Positions 1-12,724 of a stretch of 64,000 nucleotides of DNA are shown one piece after another. The translations under genes and the position numbers were made by a program. Numbering within the stretch: position 1 is the stretch's first letter; each line of letters begins with the position of its first letter. This stretch comes from Intoshia linei (taxonomy: Eukaryota; Animalia; Orthonectida), in NCBI GenBank assembly GCA_001642005.1, contig LWCA01000034.1, positions 8,462-72,461 on the forward strand, read 5' to 3'. The notes beneath the pieces are model-generated. The model was given only the letters and a program-made list of their open reading frames with translations. It made no database searches and was not told the origin of the DNA.

Positions 1-240
1 TTTAAGATTGGACTGTTTTTACTTTATTTTAATATTATACACACATTTTGTCTAACAAATTAAAAAAATGGGATAATAATTGTTTATAAATTCTTTACGC
101 AAATGTTAACAAAACAAAAAAAAGGATTGATAATAGTTAGTAGAATTTTTAAGTTAGATTTTCAACGTGAATTTATTTTTTTGGTATAATTAAAGAGTGC
201 CCTCGGCAGAGCTAGGTGCTGTTTGTACGTAGTACAAAAC
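1..240 (-). repeat. Dispersed repeat family A, partial copy (reverse orientation)
   Basis: Reverse complement matches about 4589-4905 and 9383-9730 (TGTACTACGTACAAACAGCACCTAGCTCTGCCGAGGGCAC...AAATAAATTCACGTTGAAAATCTAAC). Confidence 0.85.
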
Positions 241-849
241 TGCCAAGATAGTATAATATATTAATATAATAAGTATTAAATAATTTTTTAAAGAATCGGA
301 GACTTTGACAATTTTATTATTTTATAAAGTTAACTACTTTGGTTATAACCTTTAATTTAAAATTTAATGTCAATGAATTCTTCGCTCATATGTTTAAAAT
401 CCAATGCTTGTCAATTTTTCATTTACAAATTGGCGAAACGTTTTTGATCAAATCTCGTAGTCTAGATTGATGACCTCGCATGGCCTGATCGCCGTCGGAA
501 CAAATACCAATATATTTTTCCATCTAAATCGCTATTTTGTTCTCCGATATAAGTTTACAAAATATCATGTTGTTATTATTAACATCATTATTTATGAATC
601 TCACATTAGCAATTGTCTAATTTAGTGTTTTGTACATTTATGTCTAAATTAGCATTTTCTAATTTTTTTTAAAAATTTTTTTAAAATAATGTTCAAAATA
701 TCTAGCGCCACCCACTTTGGCGAACACTAAAATAATACTTTTTGTATTCTATAACTATATTATGTATTACAAATTAAATTATTTGGATTGAAATTGTGAA
801 TTTTAAATAGAATTTAAATAATAAATTTATGAAAATTACTTTTAATTAG

Positions 850-3800
850 CAAAACGCGATACATGTTTTACTCCAGAAGTTTATAAGGAATGTAAAAAAG
901 CTAATAAAAATGATTGTGATGAGAATAATTGTCAATGGTACGAGCATCAATGTGAAAGTATATATTAATCTATATATATATATATATATATAAATACATT
1001 AACATAATATTACTTTAGATTATTAATTATACAATTGTCCATTAACACGTGTTATTGAACAACATATTTTGCCTATGTAAGAGTAGTTAGCATGTAAATA
1101 TGAAACGAAAAGTTGTATTTCGAATAAGACGTTATAATTAAAAATAATATAAATAAATAATAATCTGAATACCTCGCTAAAAAAATGGATGAATATAACG
1201 CAATTTTTAAATGCAGGTAAAATGTACAGCTTTTAAGTTTTTTTGATAATATTTTACTTGGCTTAAAGTTAATGGCTTTGTAAACCCGCCTAATTTTTAC
1301 TTTTATCAAAAACTTCACAACTCGATACATAAGTCAAACTGTTGTCAAATGAGATAAATACAATATCACGTACATGAATTTGTTTTAATTTCAGTTTGTC
1401 AATCTATATTTTAGTTAAAATGTTCGTGATAGCTAATTTTTTGACTTTACTAGGTTAATTTGGGTCGATTTGTTCCCATATTGTCAATAATATTTTTATA
1501 TTTTCTTGTTCCGTATTTAAAGGGCTTTGGAATGATATAAATTATAATATTCTATACAAAAGTTGTTTTCTAGTCTTATACAGAGCTGTTGAGAGCCAGT
1601 AGTAGACCCGGGCCAAATGGAAATGTAGGCCCTATAAAAAATTTTTAAAAAATGGAACCTCTATACATTGTTTAATCAATTGTTCATTATCTTAAAATTA
1701 AAAATAACCGTTAGAAATTCCATTGGGTATTTGAAATTTTGGTATAATTAAGAAATTCCCAACATTACCTATTAATAAATTAAAAAAGTAGGCCCTCCTG
1801 ATTGTAGACCCGGACATATGGCTCCAAGTCCCATTTCCAGGGTCCGGTTCTTATAAAAAATTGAATTTGATGTTACATTATATCTCGTAAAATGTATGTA
1901 GCGGAATTATTATAATAATGCTTATAATTATTAACTAAAATAATATTTATATCAAGATTTGAAATAAATTGCGGAGAGAAAAATTGCTTAATTTATTAGC
2001 AAAGGATAGAGATGACCTTAAAGTTTAGACATAAAAAATTTGATTTTGATTTCTTCATAAAATATTGATTAATAAAATTGTAATTTTTGACTATGAAGGT
2101 GCAAATTTCTGATACTGAAATGTATCATACAACAGTCGAAGGAAAAAAATTGCATTATAATGTTTTTTCAAGATTCTAAGATTCTTAATTTTTTATATAA
2201 TCGGTAACACGTGGGACATGAATTGGTAAATAGCCAATGTAATTAATGTGTGTTGTTATTATTTGATATGTATTTTTTTAAGTGTTTTGCCATGGACATT
2301 AAGTTTATTTGGATTCGATGTGTCTAAATCAGGGTGGTCCAAACACATGGCGATTGAAGGCCAAAAAGTCAAAATTTCACAAATTAATCAGAAAATTATT
2401 ACCGTATCATAATATAAATATTGTGCCAATTAAAAATATAATTAGAATTTTATAAAGTTATCATAATATAAAAGGTCCCAAAAGTTATTATCGTAAAGTA
2501 CAAAATTACTTAATTATTAATAGTTACATTATACATGTAGTAGTAATAAATGTACTTTAAATGGGAGTTTTTAGGAAATTTTTTTTGAACCTAACTTTCA
2601 AAAGGGGTTTTTAATATTTTTTTTGGAATTTATTGTTTTTGGCATATATACATGCAATTGTCTCGTAAGGGTTAAATATGCCACTACAATCGAAATATTT
2701 ATTGATAAGTCTAAACTGGTAATGTCCCTTGTGTTTAGAACATTGTCTATGTAATTTTGACCATTACGCGTGAATTATACTGTATTAAAACAATTTAGAT
2801 AAGATTAGCCCCATTATTTGTAATGTTTGTGATAATCAAGACGAATGTGATGTGAGGAAGGGGTGTTTTTGGAGAAATACGAATCAATGCGGTATCATTT
2901 TATTCATTAGAATATTAGTTATTAAAAAGTATCATTTACATAAATATAAAGATAAATTAACATAACTAAAAAAGTTAATAAACTATTATGATCTTATATT
3001 AGTGAAATTGATAGTGATCGATTAGTAAATTTAGATATTTTATAAAAAATTTTTTGAAATCATTTCAATTTTAGTAATACATTTAATTAGTACCTTTAGA
3101 TAGCAGCGATTTTAATTAATAATTACTATTATAATTATGTTGTGGTTTTAGGTCACTTTGAGTATGTTTTTAACAACTTCCATTTTATACATTCCATATT
3201 AATACAGAATTTTATATAAAAAATATGGGACGTTGAGAGTATACAGAAAACGGTCCAAGGCTAATCGTACTCATAAGTTGACTTAAAATAAATATTAAGT
3301 TAAAAGAAACCATTTAGATCAGGGGTGCACAACCTGCGGCCGTGGGCAATCCATGTCATCATAATCCAATATATCATTTTACTTCAAATTCAAGGGAAAT
3401 GTTTTTATCAAAATGTTAAATTTTTGACCACTTTCTCAAAATGGATTTAAACTCTCTCAATGTAAAATTAAATTTTGTGCGACCGTAGTATCAATGAGTA
3501 AAGTAGCTTTGCGGGTGAATTAATGGAAAGGTTGTGCACCCTAACCTAGATCAACCATTTTCAACGGTATCCATGTGGACCCCAGCTGTACACAGCGGTT
3601 TTTTGAGTCCACGAAAAATTTTACAGTTATATTATTGAAAGAAATAAAAAAGTGAAAATTGATATTTCAACAGTCATTTAAGTTTTTGTGTGTTTCGAAA
3701 AAATCATTTAAAAATCACATAATGAAAAAGGTGGATAAATTTCAATTGTTAATATTACAAAGTTAACAAAGTTTAAAAGGAATGTTAGTCTTGAACGCTT

Positions 3801-5818
3801 TAAAATTTAAATGTGTAACTTTTAATTTTTTTTAGTAATTGTGAATAGTTGTACTGATATAAATTCAAATACTGTTTGCAAATTAAATGATTGCAACTGG
3901 AAAGAAGACTTTTGCGATATAGGTTACTTTTAAATAATTTACCCCAATCATAAATTTAATTATCAAAACATTGCAAGAATAATTAATTAGGGTGTTATTA
4001 ACTGTTTCAGATTAAAAAAAAATTATTTAAAATTTTAGTTGAAGCCACCTGTCCAACAGATTTTGAATTAAATAAATGTAAAAGTCAAACTAAACAATCG
4101 GATTGCGAAGATAAAAAATGCAGCTGGCATACAACCCAATGCAGAGGTTTTGATAATTTTCAAATTAAAAATTGAATCCATTTAAACAATTCAGATAATA
4201 GCCTTGAAATCAAATGTAGTTTATGTGATTATGATAAATGTTTGAATTTAAAAGGTTGCATGTGGAACGATGATGTTTGTGGTAATAAATATAATATTTA
4301 TATATTGTATTTTTGTATTTCACAGTAAATTTGACAAAATGTAAAGAAGCCAAGAATAAACATTCCTGTCAAGTAAATGGTTGTTGGTGGAATAAACCTG
4401 TTTGCGTTATTAGTGGTTATTAAACGTAAATACACGTGTATATAATTATATTAGAAGATGAAGTAGATGCCAAAATATGTTCCCTTATAGTGAATACACA
4501 TGACTGTGAACAACAAAAATGTAAATGGAATGAAGATTTCTGTCGAGGTTAAAATGTTAATAATATAAAAAATTTGAGTGACTGTACATTGTACTAAGTA
4601 CAAACAGCATTTAGCTCTGCCGAGGACACATTTTTATTCTACCAAAAAAATAAATTCACGTTGAAAATCTAACTTAAAAATTCTACTATTCACTATTATC
4701 CATAAACAAGTGGTTCCCAAACTTGTTTCAGGTGGAACCATCATATGACATTACTTTTTACTTTAAAGTGAATTATTCCATTTTAATTTTTTGTTTGTTA
4801 ACATTTGCGTTAAGAATTTTAAAAACAATTGTTATCTTATTTTTTTAATTTATTAGACAGAATGTGTGTATAATATTAAAAATAAAGTAAAAACAGTCCA
4901 ATCCTAAAAATTGTCATAAATAGCATAAATTCCAAAAAAATAAAATTAGTCCAATACTAAAAATTGTCATAAAGGTGTGAGTTTTGGAAATTGAAATTTA
5001 TATTATTATATGTAAAATTTGTCATAAATAGTATAAAATCCAGGAAAAATAAAATTATAAAAACATATTTTGTAATTTTCAATGTGATGATATATATTCA
5101 GTACCAATTTAATAAATACTTAAAAATACCCAATATATATCATAATTAACCGAATCTTCATTTTATAAATTATTTTACTGTGTAAACTTAACAGCATGGT
5201 TAAAATTTTTCTACCACGGGCTAGTAATTTCACGTATCACTTACTAAGTCAGTGACATATCGGTCAGTGATTTTTATATCAGCCTCAAGGACAATCCAGA
5301 CGATTTATAAAATATTTTAAATTGTATTAAAAATTTTTATATTTTTTAAAACAAAAAGGAGTTCTCATTCTAGCGTGGTCAACACATGATCCTTATAGAT
5401 TCGGCTAAAAATGAACAATTAAATTCATAATTAGTAATGGTACAATTAATAGGGTCAAAAATCTATTTATATGAATAAAGAAAAATAATAATAATCCATC
5501 GTGTTCAACCCTTTATTAAAAGTGTACCTATTAAATTTGCTAGGATTTTATTTATAAATATTTGATAAAATGTAATTTAAATATTTAAATAGATACAACT
5601 AAATGTGATGGCATTGACTGTAAAAACTGCGATAGTACCCAAGGTTGTTGTTGGCAAAAACATGAATGTGTCGGTAAGTTAATTATATACAATCATTATA
5701 CACATTTTCTAAAATTAATTTTATGATAGAAAAAGATACCTGCGATACTGACAGTTTTGCAAATAAATATACATATTGTGGAGTTTTCATATTATATTCA
5801 ATACTCATAGTATACTAA
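850..5818 (+). CDS. Cysteine-rich modular surface protein, probably GPI-anchored, 5' incomplete
   Basis: Exons bounded by AG/GT, all phase 1: 850-957 (KRDTCFTPEVYKECKKANKNDCDENNCQWYEHQCE), 2799-2891 (KISPIICNVCDNQDECDVRKGCFWRNTNQC), 3836-3922 (IVNSCTDINSNTVCKLNDCNWKEDFCDI), 4039-4146 (EATCPTDFELNKCKSQTKQSDCEDKKCSWHTTQCR), 4195-4281 (NSLEIKCSLCDYDKCLNLKGCMWNDDVC), 4326-4415 (NLTKCKEAKNKHSCQVNGCWWNKPVCVIS), 4455-4547 (DEVDAKICSLIVNTHDCEQQKCKWNEDFCR), 5593-5673 (TTKCDGIDCKNCDSTQGCCWQKHECV), 5730-5818 (KDTCDTDSFANKYTYCGVFILYSILIVY*, hydrophobic C-terminus). Start exon not found. Confidence 0.85.
3320..3543. mobile_element. hAT-type MITE (CAGGGGTGCACAACCT TIR)
   Basis: CAGGGGTGCACAACCT...AGGTTGTGCACCCT, flanked by ATTTAGAT/ACCTAGAT. 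Related ends at 31758 and, inverted, about 57060-57128. Confidence 0.7.
4589..5130 (+). repeat. Dispersed repeat family A with about 53-bp tandem units
   Basis: High similarity to 9383-9955. Contains AATCCTAAAAATTGTCATAAATAGCATAAATTCC units. Confidence 0.85.
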
Positions 5819-5909
5819 TGCTTTCTCGTTAAATTATTATTTATTAAATAAATATTCATCACATTATATATTTATATTTATAAAATTTTAATTTATGAAT
5901 AATATATAT

Positions 5910-8900
5910 TTAAAAATAATTATCATCGTCTTCAGGATTATATCGCGGTTTAGAAGATTTGGCTCGGTTTATTCTACCAGATTTTGCGTTTCTAGGAATT
6001 TCAGTTTCATATTCAGAGTCTGAATTTTTATCGTAGTCTACAGAGATATTTGAATTCTATAATTTTATTTAATTTTATTTTTAATTTTAATTACGTCACT
6101 ATCCAAGTTGAATTCGATATCATTATTTTCATTTGAATACTCTAAAAATAAATTAATATATATTTATTAGTGTTGCGATTCGTAATTTTTTTTGGAGTGC
6201 TCTGAAATTTTTTATAACAAAATCTGATATTATTACCTCCAATGGAGGTATAAAATTTCGATGAAAGAATAATGGAATCAAAAAATTGATATTAAAGTAA
6301 AACGGTTGGAACCATAACCCTTTTGCAAGCCGAAATTTACATATACATTGTACGTTATTGTATGTAAGGATTTTAATTTATAATTATCAATTAAAATCTA
6401 TCAAACTATAAAAATTATAAATATCTACTACATGTTAATTTTTAGCCTCTCTAATACCCTAAATTGAGAATGGTGCAGCATATCGTGATGTACCGTATTA
6501 TCTAAATACATTACTTGATTCACTCGATGAAGCATCAGAAGAAATTGAGGCAAGATTTTCATTACTTGATAATCTAGATATGCGGTTTTGTATTTCCTAA
6601 AGTTTAATATATAATTTTTTAATGTATATAATTTAATTTAAAATTTAATTGCATCAATTTAAAAAAAATTATTTTTTTAATAATTTTCAAAGTAGATTTT
6701 TTGGAAAAAACGTTTAAAAAAAAAAGATTTACTGAAACATAGAACTAAATGTAGTAATAATGTATAATATTAATGTACCTTTTGGAATTCAATATTTTTC
6801 TTAGTATATTCTTGAATCAATACTTCATATTGGTGTTTATTACGAAAAACATCCATATATCTCTCATATAAAACTTTTAATTCTTCTTCATATGTTTCAA
6901 ATTCGTCCATGTAAGCAGGTCTAAAAATGATACAAATTTAAAATTAATATGCATTAAATTAAAAATCTTAAAATTTAAATTGTAATTTTAATTGTTTTAA
7001 CTTAAATTCAATTTTCTTAAAACACTATAAATAAATCCATTTAAGTATGGATTGAACGATTCAATTTGACACCAGCAAAAGATGATGAAATTATCAGATG
7101 GTATATTATAATATTGATATCCTTTACTTAAATTTTACATAAAATGGAATGTTCATTTTGTCTGTTTGTTATTGAATATTAAAAAAATTAAGAGTCGTAA
7201 ATTTAAAAAACCCATTTAAAATTTCCCATAAATTTTTCCCATACGCATAGGGCGTGTGTATGTCTATTTTTCTGTTAAAGAATTTGAGTACTTCATGGTA
7301 TAAAACCCAATTTGCCCTTTTAAATTTGCCAATTAAAAATAAAATGAAATTAAAATAGTCTAATTAATTAGAATAGAATAATTACTACACAAAGTAAAAG
7401 AATCTAATATTTCTAAAATATTAAAGTCAAATTGAGATTATCAATCATAGTTTGATTTGAAGAAATTTGTATCGCTTGTTTAAACTTTATTATATGAGCA
7501 CACTTTTTACATTTTTAATATGAAAAATTTATATAAAATTTAAGTGTGCGATTTAAAATGAACACCCTGTAGATGCTGTTTGCACATAATACATAACAGT
7601 CAACCCAGTATTTTATATAAAGCATATAAAATTTTAAATTACCTCACATTTTGCAAGGTTTCAAGTCTTTTAGAATTCCTAGTTAATTCAGCCGTTTTTT
7701 TATTTATTTTTGATTCAATATTTTTACTGTCACCTTTGACTTTTTGTGTATCTTTTTCAATATTCTCAATAGATTTCTAAATGTTTAAATCAAAATTGTT
7801 TAAATTCTCGAGCCGTATTAATTAATTTTAAACAGATTGTAATGTTATTAAAACTAGTTAAAATGATGATATTGTCTAATTTTTTATCATTTTCACTCTA
7901 TTAATCACTATTTACTTCATACATAATAGTAGTATATATTTTTTTGGATTATAATCGAATTATTATTATATATTGAAGTTTAAATTATAAAATACGTAAT
8001 TTAAAAATTTCTAATGTAATTATTGAAATTCCTGAGTCAAGACTGTTAACTAATACCTTTAAATGTATATAAAAAAGGTATGATTCCGAGAAAACATTTC
8101 TGAGGTAAACACCATAAAATTTTTCTATTTTGTAATATTGGTTGGTTGTGCAGCATTTCATTCTTAACTGGGGTTTGAAAAACCAATTCTATCTTTTAAA
8201 TGTATGCATATATTTCGTTTTAACTGCTTTATAATAATCTATTCATTTCCATGTTTAATTAATTATATGTGACTATAATAGACTGGTTATAGTCAGTATT
8301 TATTTTTAAAATTCTAATGCAATAATTTTTCTACAAAACCGTAGACCGAATTCATATTTGTATACTAATTTTGAATTAGTTAATATGTATACATACCTAC
8401 ATACATACATACATACCTGATACAGGTTGTCAAAGAGCATAGAAAAAAACACCCAAAAGCTAAAAAATCAGATTATGTAAAAAAATAAATATTACCCTTA
8501 CCGGGGCAGGGGAAATTTTTATAATTTTGAAAAAAATTTTTTGTGGTATGCTCCTACTTATACAAAATGGGGATGGTATGCAAAAATAGTTTTTGAAATT
8601 CAAAAAAAAAACTCAAAAATGAATCACCCTAATATGTATATTCCAACAGTACAAATTGTTTCAGATCTCAAAATACAGTATTTAAGCCAGTGTTCGTCAA
8701 ATTCTTTTATTAGTCCACTTCTACAGGACTAAAAAAATGTCAAAAAATTCAAAAATAATTAATTAATTTCAGTTGTAAAAACAAATTTTAAATATTTTGT
8801 AGTACAATTCACATTTGATTTTAATTTAATTGTAATTTATGCCTTTAATTTAAAGGTTTTATCTGCTTTTTCTAATTTTAAATTCTCTATCTCGCCAACC

Positions 8901-11900
8901 TTATCTAAATTTAATCTAATCTAAGAATGACAAGTTATAGAAAAAATACTGTAGATACAGTATAAATATATTAATGAGACAGTTACTTTTTTATCACAAC
9001 TATTTTCTAACAAAAAATTTTAAAAATAATATTCAAAATATCTCCCGCCACCAACTTTAACGAACTTCGATTTAAGCCTTATTTTAAATTAACTTTTATA
9101 TTTTAAATTTAAATTAAATTTTAATCGAAATAAATACAAATTAATTTATTTATACAGTTTGTATCTCAAAAATAAATTAAAATTTTAATTTAAATATACA
9201 AAATTTGTGTATTTATGATATTTATAATTTATTTTTTATTATTAGATAATAAATTTACATTTTAATTTAAATTAATTACAATTTCTAGCTAATTAAAATT
9301 TTTAAAAATATTCTTAACATAGATACAATTAAAGCAGGTCAATATTAAATTAAAAAAATATAATAATACTAGGTTGACTCTTATGTACTACGTACAAACA
9401 GGACCTAGCTCTACCGAGGGCACATTTTTATTACACTTAAAAAATAAATTCACGTTGCAAATCTAATTTAAAAATTCTATTGTTCACTACTATCAATTCT
9501 TTAAAGGAATGGTCTCAAATTTGTGTCAGATGGAATCATCATATCACATTACTTTTTACTTTAAAGTGAATTATTCCATCTTAATTTTTTGTTTGTTAAC
9601 TTGTTTTTGTTATTGATTTGTTAACATTTGCGTAAAGAATTTGGAAAAAAACAGATTGTTATCCCATTTTTTTAATTTATTAGACAGAATGTGTGTATAA
9701 TATTAAAAATAAAGTAAAAACAGTCCAATCCTAAAAATTGTCATAAATAGCATAAATTCCAAAAAAATAAAATTATTCCAATCCTAAAAATTGTCATAAA
9801 TAACATAAATTCCAGAAAAAATAAAATTATAAATCCTAAAAATTGTCATAAATAGCATAAATTCCAGAAAAAATAAAATTATAAACTATTTTGTTATTTT
9901 GAGTGTGGTGATATATATTCAGTACCAATTTAATAAATACTTGAAAATACCAATTGTGTATCAATAATTCTTCACTTAATAAACATATTTTCGTCGAATT
10001 TTACCAAATTTGCACAGGATTGTAATAAATATAAAAACGATATTAACATAATTTTTTTAGTTTCGTTGTTTAGTTTCTATTTAAATTTATATTCAAAATA
10101 CTTTGAAAATGAGAATTTGAAATTTAAAAATTGCCTAGCAATGAAAAAAATTACGAAGGAATGAATTGTATAGATTTTCACCCATATTTCTTTATTGGAA
10201 ATGTGTAGACGTTCACTGCACATTTTTTTTGAAATTGTAGCATCAATATTTAAATTTTCCATTTTTATTTTAATTGAAATATTTAAAAAATATTGGTTGA
10301 TAATATATTAAAAATTATTTTTCACCGGGAATGCGTAGATTTCTCGGGTTGAACTTTTGTATTTATATCAACTGGAATAAGCTCTACAGAAAAATCTATT
10401 TTTTTAAATTTTCGAACCGTTAATTATTTCACATTTTTTGTTTTAATAAAATATTTCGGAAAAAAAATAGACCTTTAATTATTTCACATTTTTTGTTTTA
10501 ATAAAATATTTCGGAAAAAAAATATATGAAAATTAAATGCTTTGTTTGACTATGAAGTCGTCACTTAATTAGATTGAAATTTTCGGTGTGTGTTAACAGG
10601 ATACAACTGTATATATTTTTTTAAATTCTTCAACTCGTTTGATTTTCAAAAAGAGGGACAATTGGGGTTTTGAACCCGTAAGATGTGAATTTGGGAGGTT
10701 AAAATGTATCTTATTATACGTCCCGGAAAAAACTGTGATTGAAATGTGGACTTTATAAAATACTAAGACTGGTAGTTATTTCAATAAAGTGGAACACACA
10801 CACAAACAAAAATCGCGTAGCATATTATATAAGTTAAGATTGCATCCAAATCAATTTTAGAAATTAGTGTAAAAGTGAGTGGAAATGTTAACAATTTTAT
10901 TACAATCTGTGTAAAAGTAAGTAATATTGACTAAACATTATTAACACTGTAAATTATAAAAATATAGCGTATAAATTTATTATTACTCGTTTAAAATTTA
11001 AAACTTTTTAATTTTATGATTAAAAATTACTTGAACCAAAACAATTGCATTTTTCAAAGATTTTTCAATATCTGTAATATTTATTTGCTTATTTAATGTA
11101 AATTCCCGAATCGACTAAAAGAGTACGTTTAATATATTATATTGTAAATTATTTAATAATGTAAGCACATTTATGTTCACTGAACATTGTTCAGTCCTTA
11201 CTTATATAACATAAAACGTTTAATATTACTCTTTGTTCAATTTCTTTATTCAACATTTCGTAAATCAATGTACCTGTCTCAGTTATTACATCAGATAGTC
11301 TCCGCAATTCACGTAAATCTTCAATCTAATAATGAATTTTAGATTACTGTTGTAATAACAGTATTGTATAGGTCATATGTACCACGCTATGTGTATAAAC
11401 TATTTACTAGACGTTACGACATATGTCTGTGATAGTGAACCGGTTACCCGTAAGAAAAATCGAAAATACAAAATGAACCGCTACGATATTTTTAAGACTT
11501 GCAAGATAGTTTTCATTTTTTCAGCGGAATACATTTCTATAATGTATATAATGTACTTTAATGCACTTGCCAAAAAATCAATTTCTAAAAATGCAGACAT
11601 TACCGTGAGTGAATATTAACTTGTTTTTATCAGGTAACCATTTTGGTACATTATGGGTCCCAATGCTTAAAAAATTTTATCATCACTGATAGTACTTCGT
11701 AAAATATAATGAATTGGATATGTGATTATAATATAACTTTAATACCTTTCTAGATATATCAAATGGTACAAATGCTTCGTTTTTATTTAAAATATCATCC
11801 ACACTTTCTTTAGTAATACATTTTGTTGTTGCTTGATACAAAACCTTTGCTAATTTCAATAATTCTCTTACAGCGTAGCCATCAGCCATATATAGGCGTT

Positions 11901-12496
11901 TTATGTTCACTTTTAGCTGAGCTCTCGATATCTAAGGACATAAAAATTGTACAATGTACATATTCCTTTTAAATCTATTGGTTAAATTACCATAAATGAT
12001 TCAACTGATTTTATAAACAATATTCTGCCTTGTTCCGTACTTATATTTTGGTGGAGTTCATAGGTTGGATCATATCTAATCCTGATTTATAATTCATCAC
12101 AGTATAATACCATCAATGTTGAGTAAATTTACCTTTCGATGAGCCATTTTAATGTCCTAACGACAAGTGGAAAGTTGGGTTGAGTAAAACTTTGATATGA
12201 TATAATTTCAGGCATCCCCAATGTTCGCATGCATTCAATAAAATCTAATTTTTTAAAAAAATATCAAGGGCAATAATAGCTATTATGATATTAATCTATT
12301 AATTTTATAACATGATTTCTATTAATAATCAAGTAAATGTGAAGATGAACAATTTTTCATAATTATGAATAAAAATGATACGGTAGGACCAGGTCCATTA
12401 GAAAACTTGTTCATTAATTGATAAGTTATATATTAAAATTTAAGTTAAATGTTTATTATTAAATATCAAATTACTTCGTCGTTCTCGATAAGACAT
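5910..12496 (-). CDS. CLUAP1: Clusterin-associated protein 1 / IFT38 (intraflagellar transport complex B)
   Basis: Spliced exons 12496-12475, 12244-12133, 12075-11991, 11931-11746, 11325-11230, 11114-11031, 7776-7643, 6920-6779, 6596-6515, 6141-6095, 6056-5910 give MSYRERRNFIECMRTLGMPEIISYQSFTQPNFPLV...KRLYMADGYAVRELLK...KRLETLQNVRPAYMDEFETYEEEL...EDDDNYF*, matching the CLUAP1 motifs MSFRDLRNF, LYQADGYAVKELLK and RPxFMDEYE. Confidence 0.95.
9383..9955 (+). repeat. Dispersed repeat family A with three tandem about 53-bp units (about 9727-9885)
   Basis: Direct similarity to 4589-5130 and inverted similarity to 1-240. Lies in the large CLUAP1 intron 7777-11030. Confidence 0.85.
10270..10640. 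repeat. Dispersed repeat family B
   Basis: Inverted copies at about 60470-60750 and 61080-61270 (GATATAAATACAAAA...CCCGGTGAAAAATAATTTTT; AATAATTAACGGTCCGAAAATT). Confidence 0.7.
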
Positions 12497-12724
12497 TTTA
12501 GATTTCAAATTTATCAATTTGTTTATTTTATACTTGGTTATGAATCTGACATTTTCTTATTTCATAATTTTTTAAATTTTACGTATCCAATATGATATCA
12601 ACATAAATTTTATATTTGGATACATTAGTTATGTATTATTTTAAAAATCTAATAGCTACATTCACACTCACTTATTCAATTTTTTCTTTTAAAACGGGTG
12701 TCTACTTAAATCCAACCATTTTTA

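Noticed and set aside
1019-1076. Possible extra exon of the Cys-rich gene (YNCPLTRV...)
   Set aside because: There is an in-frame TAA right after the acceptor in the required phase, and it lacks the CxW motif.
8386-8417. (TACA)n microsatellite (also about 50173-50205) and (TA)n at 971-991
   Set aside because: Ordinary short simple repeats.
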